Origin: a virus | Taxonomy: Duplodnaviria; Heunggongvirae; Uroviricota; Caudoviricetes | Strand: one strand, 5' to 3' | IMG/VR virus record: IMGVR_UViG_3300022871_000010 | Length of the DNA stretch: 19,027 nucleotides | In this document: positions 15,301 through 19,027 of the stretch, in pieces | Layout of the letters: each line of letters opens with the position of its first letter | Numbering within the stretch: position 1 is the stretch's first letter | The notes under the pieces: generated by a model | Seen by the model: the letters and a program-made list of their open reading frames with translations, nothing else | Database searches by the model: none | Told to the model about the DNA's origin: nothing | Made by a program: the position numbers and the translations under genes

Positions 15301-15453
15301 ATGAAAAATTTACTAAATCAAACAAATAAAACCTTTAGTATTGTTTGTTTAAAATGTAATAGAAAATCTTGTGCTTATGTTTTTACAGATGACGGAGATA
15401 TTGTTATAACTTGTAATGCTTGTAGTTCAACTGAACTTGTGAGGAGAAAATGA
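15301..15453 (+). CDS. Small Zn-ribbon protein, 50 aa (CLKC...CNAC)
   Basis: Translated by hand. Starts in a junction element and has an ATGA overlap at 15450. Confidence 0.65.
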   Translation: MKNLLNQTNKTFSIVCLKCNRKSCAYVFTDDGDIVITCNACSSTELVRRK

Positions 15454-15752
15454 AGAAGATACCGAATGAAATAAAAGAAGGAGTTAGTAAGGATTGGCGT
15501 GATGCTTTTGTTGAAACAAAAATAATTACTAAAGAACAATGCGTAAAACATTCTTGTGCCGACTGCGTTAAACTAATAAGAGTCACTGATTGTAGGGGTT
15601 ATCAGTTGCTTTGTGGTTACGTGGCACAATTTGTGACTGGTGGTTTTTGGCTTGATTCAATGGGTTTACATTTTACTACAGCAGGAATTAATTCTGATAG
15701 AGAAGCCACTTATGAAGACGCAAGAGATTACATTAAGAAGTGGAAGAAATGA
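15450..15752 (+). CDS. Cys-containing hypothetical protein, 100 aa
   Basis: GAGGAG SD. CVKHSCADC. Confidence 0.75.
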   Translation: MKKIPNEIKEGVSKDWRDAFVETKIITKEQCVKHSCADCVKLIRVTDCRGYQLLCGYVAQFVTGGFWLDSMGLHFTTAGINSDREATYEDARDYIKKWKK

Positions 15753-15786
15753 CTTTACTTTACTTTATTAACACGGTAAAAAAAAA

Positions 15787-16008
15787 ATGACAAATATAAA
15801 ACTTAGAGAACTAACAGAACCAACAAACCAACCAGGAAAACAATATTTATTATTAGCAATAAAACTAATTATAGGGTTTTTTATAATGATAAATGGTTCC
15901 GCAACAATATTTTTTACAATCGCACTGCAACCAATCTGGATGTTTTATTTTTCAATATCAATGATTATTTGTGCGGCATTATTTAGTATGATTGAAAAAG
16001 GTGAATAA
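15787..16008 (+). CDS. Small two-TM membrane protein, 73 aa
   Basis: Two hydrophobic segments. Confidence 0.7.
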   Translation: MTNIKLRELTEPTNQPGKQYLLLAIKLIIGFFIMINGSATIFFTIALQPIWMFYFSISMIICAALFSMIEKGE

Positions 16009-16009
16009 A

Positions 16010-16231
16010 ATGAGTATAAAAAATAAAAAACTAGAAGCACAAGCACTTAAAGATTCTTTTGACAAAGAATTTTTGGCCAGTACAGAACACAAAATATGTT
16101 GCAAACTACAATATAAACAATTAGTTAAAACTCATGGAGCACCAATAAACTTTTTTTCTTGTAAAAAGTGTGGGCTGACAGTAATAACTAGAAAAGTCCC
16201 AGTGGTGGAAACAAATGCATCTAACAATTAA
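16010..16231 (+). CDS. Basic Cys-containing protein, start moved from 15992
   Basis: AGGTGA SD before ATG 16010. CC and CKKC motifs. Confidence 0.65.
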   Translation: MSIKNKKLEAQALKDSFDKEFLASTEHKICCKLQYKQLVKTHGAPINFFSCKKCGLTVITRKVPVVETNASNN

Positions 16232-16436
16232 AGCACAAACATTTTTTACATACAATATCATTGGATTTATTTGTGTGTTTACTGCATTAATAATGACAAT
16301 ATTTCATTTACTTGAAACAGAAGCGTCAATAGGATTATGGGCTTTAATGATAATATTTTTTTCCATGGCGATAACTGCACTGGCAACAAGTATTTTAATT
16401 TACAACAATTATTTTCGTGCATTATATTATGGATAA
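16215..16436 (+). CDS. Small two-TM membrane protein, 73 aa
   Basis: Two hydrophobic segments. Confidence 0.7.
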   Translation: MHLTIKAQTFFTYNIIGFICVFTALIMTIFHLLETEASIGLWALMIIFFSMAITALATSILIYNNYFRALYYG

Positions 16437-16478
16437 TATTAATGCTAGAAGTAATAACTTTAAATTTAAAAGTATAAA

Positions 16479-16685
16479 ATGATTAACGAAAAACACCACG
16501 ACCTAACTGCAGGAATAATATTATTTTTGTATATGGACTTTTCAATATTTGTAATATTAACAGCATGGACTAACACTGCACCTAAACTAATAATTATCTC
16601 TACAATAGTTGGAGGATTTATTGGGCTGTTTTATATGTTTTGTAAAAATATTACTAAACTTTACGACACGAGGATTACACAATGA
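16479..16685 (+). CDS. Small two-TM membrane protein, 68 aa
   Basis: Two hydrophobic segments. Confidence 0.7.
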   Translation: MINEKHHDLTAGIILFLYMDFSIFVILTAWTNTAPKLIIISTIVGGFIGLFYMFCKNITKLYDTRITQ

Positions 16686-16879
16686 AAACACCTAAAGAAA
16701 CAACTGAAACAATATATTATGGCTTTTTATTTATAGGATTTGTAGGAATAATGGTTTATTTATTTACAGAAATAATATTTACTTTTTGGCTATGCGTTAG
16801 TTGCATAATTTTGCCTCTTGTAATGATAATTATTGACGGAATATTTTTTGATGAAGAAAACGAGGGAAACAATGATTAA
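16682..16879 (+). CDS. Small two-TM membrane protein, 65 aa
   Basis: GAGG SD, ATGA overlap, two hydrophobic segments and an acidic tail. Confidence 0.7.
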   Translation: MKTPKETTETIYYGFLFIGFVGIMVYLFTEIIFTFWLCVSCIILPLVMIIIDGIFFDEENEGNND

Positions 16880-16910
16880 AAGAAAAACTATAATTAAAAG
16901 CTTTGCCTTA

Positions 16911-17138
16911 TTAATAACAAATAATTATTTTTTTATAATCTTTTTTTAATAATTTCTTTTGTCTTAACAGTTTATGTTTTTTAATTCTATTTAATTCTTT
17001 GTCTGTTTTACGGTCTCGAAATCCATCTCTATGGTCTTCCCAATCAGTCCATACTTGTTCGTAGCGAACATCGTTTTCTGAATGTGTTAGTTGTATTGTT
17101 TTTCTTCCAGAGTTCCGTCTATCTTTTTTTGATTTCAT
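16911..17138 (-). CDS. Small highly basic protein, 75 aa
   Basis: Lies 14 nt downstream of the large - strand gene. The + strand switches to T-rich here. No clear SD. Confidence 0.6.
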   Translation of the reverse strand: MKSKKDRRNSGRKTIQLTHSENDVRYEQVWTDWEDHRDGFRDRKTDKELNRIKKHKLLRQKKLLKKDYKKIIICY

Positions 17139-17152
17139 GATTGTTAGTTATT

Positions 17153-18967
17153 TTATATTATCCACCAGTTAGCTCCATCACTTTGAAGTCTAACCGCGTC
17201 ATTCAATGTTAATGCTACATTGCTACTGCTTCCATCAATTTCTTCTGTTCCTGAAGTAGCAATATCCACAACTGACGTGTCATCAATACATTTTATTGTG
17301 TAAATTCTTCCTGTGATACCTACCGCCGTTGGTAAGGTTGCAGTTACTGTGTTACTTGTTCCATCAAGTAATATTGTGTTATCATTAGCTATTATATAAT
17401 CTGCAGTTTTTGTAGTTATTGATAAAGCCATAGTTCCTTCAACCTGAAGTGTGGATGCTGGCGTATCAGTTCCTATCCCTACATCACCATCATTATCAAT
17501 ACGCATCCTTTCAGCCTGGGCGTTTTTTCCTGTTAAAAATACTAGAGCGTTAGAACCGTCAGTTCCATCTCGAATACCACCTATTTGTCCGCCATAACCT
17601 GGAGAACTCGATGAAGTAAACTCGATATACGAACCATCATCAAGAACGGTATTCATAGGACCAATTCTTAAAGCTCTGTTAAACCCTGCATCTGTTTTAA
17701 TATAACTAGTACCTATTGAATTTAATTCAGTTGTTGTAACACTTGAAGAATCCACAACCCTTAATGCATTACCAATAATATTATCATCTGCTGTAATATC
17801 CCCTGCTGCGGTTATAGTACTAGCCACATCTAGTATTCCTAAAAGAGAAACTGTAGTTGACCCTCTAGAAAGTTTTAAAACATCAACTTGAGTGCCTCCA
17901 TTGGTTGTTCCTATATATCCTAAATTTCCTGCACCATCATACTTCATATACATTCCGTAAGAATCCCCGCCTCCCTCAAACAAATTAAGGGTTGCACTAT
18001 CCAGACCATTGCTCGGTCCATTAATATTTAAATACGCAGGGACCGCATAATCGGCTACATTTATAGAACTAACAGTTGAATTAAAATCCACTGGGTCATT
18101 AAAAAGTACATCATTCAAAAAAGTTACATCCGCAGTAAAAATTGGGGTCCCATAAATGTTTCCTCCCATGGTTACATCCACGTTATTAAAATCTACAGTC
18201 CCTACAAAATTAGTACTTCCGGTTATTGCTCCTTGAAATTCTGTTTCACCTAAATAGGTTGTTTTAGCAGTATCTCTCGCTATACGGAACCCTGGAATGT
18301 CTGGGTAAGGAATATTATTTTCTATACCGCCAAACTCTAAATAGTTTCCAGCAGAATTGTACTGTATATACCCGCCTGATGCATAAACTCCCCCGCCTAC
18401 GATTTGTTCTACAAACTGCATTCTGAAAGCGTTATCTCCACTATTCAAATGGCTTTTAAAAGTTAAAGTAGTATTTTCAGAGAAAGAACCTGCTTCAATA
18501 ACTTCCCCTGTTCCTAGATTAAGTTTACTTGTTGTTAATTCATTACTTCCTAAATCTACATCTTTTGTGGCCCCGGTATAAGGAATATAGTTGCTGACAT
18601 CTGAACCATTCAAATCAGTAAAACATGTTCCATTAACACAAAAATTTTCTCCGTAAACTATACCATTAACGACTAATGTATTATTATCGCTAGTGGTTCC
18701 ATTAGAAAATATATTTAATGAAATATTTTCAAAATTGTAATTTAAAGTTGCATACCCTGAAAGGTTTTCTGTGCCATTATTGTATGTGTCATAAAAAACT
18801 AAGTCAGTAAAATTGTTAGAACTGCCTGCATGAATAATTGTTGGTGGTGGAGGCATTGGCATCCATCCAACTAAAAAAATCAAACATACAAATAAAGATA
18901 TTATTACTATTTTATCGTGCTTGATACTCCCACCACTAAAGTTAGTGGGATTCTTAGCTGATGTCAT
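17153..18967 (-). CDS. Membrane-anchored fibre/adhesin-like surface or virion protein, 604 aa
   Basis: GAGGTGA SD, N-terminal TM plus PPPP, YIPYTGATKDVDLG, and ERMRIDNDGDVGIGTDTP, a motif type common in tail-fibre-like proteins. G/T/S/N-rich, with a beta-rich C-terminal domain ending SDGANWWII. Confidence 0.75.
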   Translation of the reverse strand: MTSAKNPTNFSGGSIKHDKIVIISLFVCLIFLVGWMPMPPPPTIIHAGSSNNFTDLVFYDTYNNGTENLSGYATLNYNFENISLNIFSNGTTSDNNTLVVNGIVYGENFCVNGTCFTDLNGSDVSNYIPYTGATKDVDLGSNELTTSKLNLGTGEVIEAGSFSENTTLTFKSHLNSGDNAFRMQFVEQIVGGGVYASGGYIQYNSAGNYLEFGGIENNIPYPDIPGFRIARDTAKTTYLGETEFQGAITGSTNFVGTVDFNNVDVTMGGNIYGTPIFTADVTFLNDVLFNDPVDFNSTVSSINVADYAVPAYLNINGPSNGLDSATLNLFEGGGDSYGMYMKYDGAGNLGYIGTTNGGTQVDVLKLSRGSTTVSLLGILDVASTITAAGDITADDNIIGNALRVVDSSSVTTTELNSIGTSYIKTDAGFNRALRIGPMNTVLDDGSYIEFTSSSSPGYGGQIGGIRDGTDGSNALVFLTGKNAQAERMRIDNDGDVGIGTDTPASTLQVEGTMALSITTKTADYIIANDNTILLDGTSNTVTATLPTAVGITGRIYTIKCIDDTSVVDIATSGTEEIDGSSSNVALTLNDAVRLQSDGANWWII

Positions 18968-19026
18968 ATTGTCACCTCTAAAGGAACTATCTCGTCCCGA
19001 TGTATGCTTTTATACAGGCCATACAT
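18964..19026 (-). CDS. Partial 3' end of an upstream gene (...YGLYKSIHRDEIVPLEVTI*)
   Basis: The frame is open to the window edge and its TGA overlaps the ATG at 18967 as ATGA. Confidence 0.5.
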   Translation of the reverse strand: MYGLYKSIHRDEIVPLEVTI

Positions 19027-19027
19027 A

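Larger units (their letters stand above)
9955..15304 (+). repeat. Dispersed 16-bp junction element GGTGATGAATGAATGA, 12 exact copies
   Basis: Copies start at 9955, 10202, 12329, 12512, 12657, 12904, 13060, 14191, 14422, 14838, 15166 and 15289. Variants occur at 7376, 11567 and 15139. Every exact copy sits at an ORF boundary. Confidence 0.95.

Noticed and set aside
9955-15304. CRISPR array interpretation of the 16-bp repeats
   Set aside because: Spacing is irregular (123 to over 2000 nt), the intervening sequences are intact ORFs, the repeat is too short, and no cas genes are visible.
9955-15304. Classical integron attC cassette array
   Set aside because: The element is not palindromic, lacks GTTRRRY core sites, overlaps coding sequence, and no tyrosine integrase is in the window.
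280-15586. The - strand ORFs in the track before 16911 (e.g. 280-477, 659-967, 2534-2884, 4436-4822, 6394-6771, 12349-12549, 13950-14246)
   Set aside because: They are antisense shadows of coupled + strand genes, F/L/I/S-rich because the + strand is A-rich, and have no SD.
1-16879. Alternative genetic code (TGA or TAG recoded) as the cause of the short ORFs
   Set aside because: TGA stops coincide with ATGA overlaps and SD-preceded starts, and paralogs end at equivalent positions, so the ORFs are short under the standard code.
16872-16949. 25-aa + strand ORF MIKRKTIIKSFALL after the last junction
   Set aside because: It overlaps the - strand ORF 16911-17138 and is very short. It may be a truncated remnant but is unsupported.
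1-19027. tRNA, rRNA, transposase, integrase or reverse transcriptase genes
   Set aside because: No cloverleaf, GC-rich structured segment or catalytic motif (DDE, RHRY, YxDD) was recognisable by eye, though a divergent one cannot be excluded.

Overview
The window is very AT-rich and reads as part of a virus or provirus genome, most likely archaeal. That host call is an inference from GGTGA/GAGG Shine-Dalgarno motifs, TTTATATA boxes, many tiny CxxC proteins and a sequon-rich surface protein. Positions 1-16879 hold about 60 short, tightly coupled + strand ORFs. Only two have a recognisable fold: a MazG-like NTP pyrophosphohydrolase and an AAA+/P-loop ATPase. From 16911 to the end, genes run on the - strand and include a 604-aa membrane-anchored fibre/adhesin-like protein. 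The most striking signal is a 16-nt gene-junction element, GGTG(ATGA)3, with 12 exact copies in 9955-15304. It combines a ribosome-binding site with start and stop codons in all three frames. Upstream genes use all three stop frames, one gene is duplicated exactly between two copies, and an apparent empty-cassette scar is present. Other stretches have their own local junction repeats, and a four-member paralog family shows patchwork hypervariation. Together this suggests a modular gene-cassette shuffling region, but the mechanism is inferred: no recombinase or reverse transcriptase is visible in the window. All calls were made by eye without database searches.
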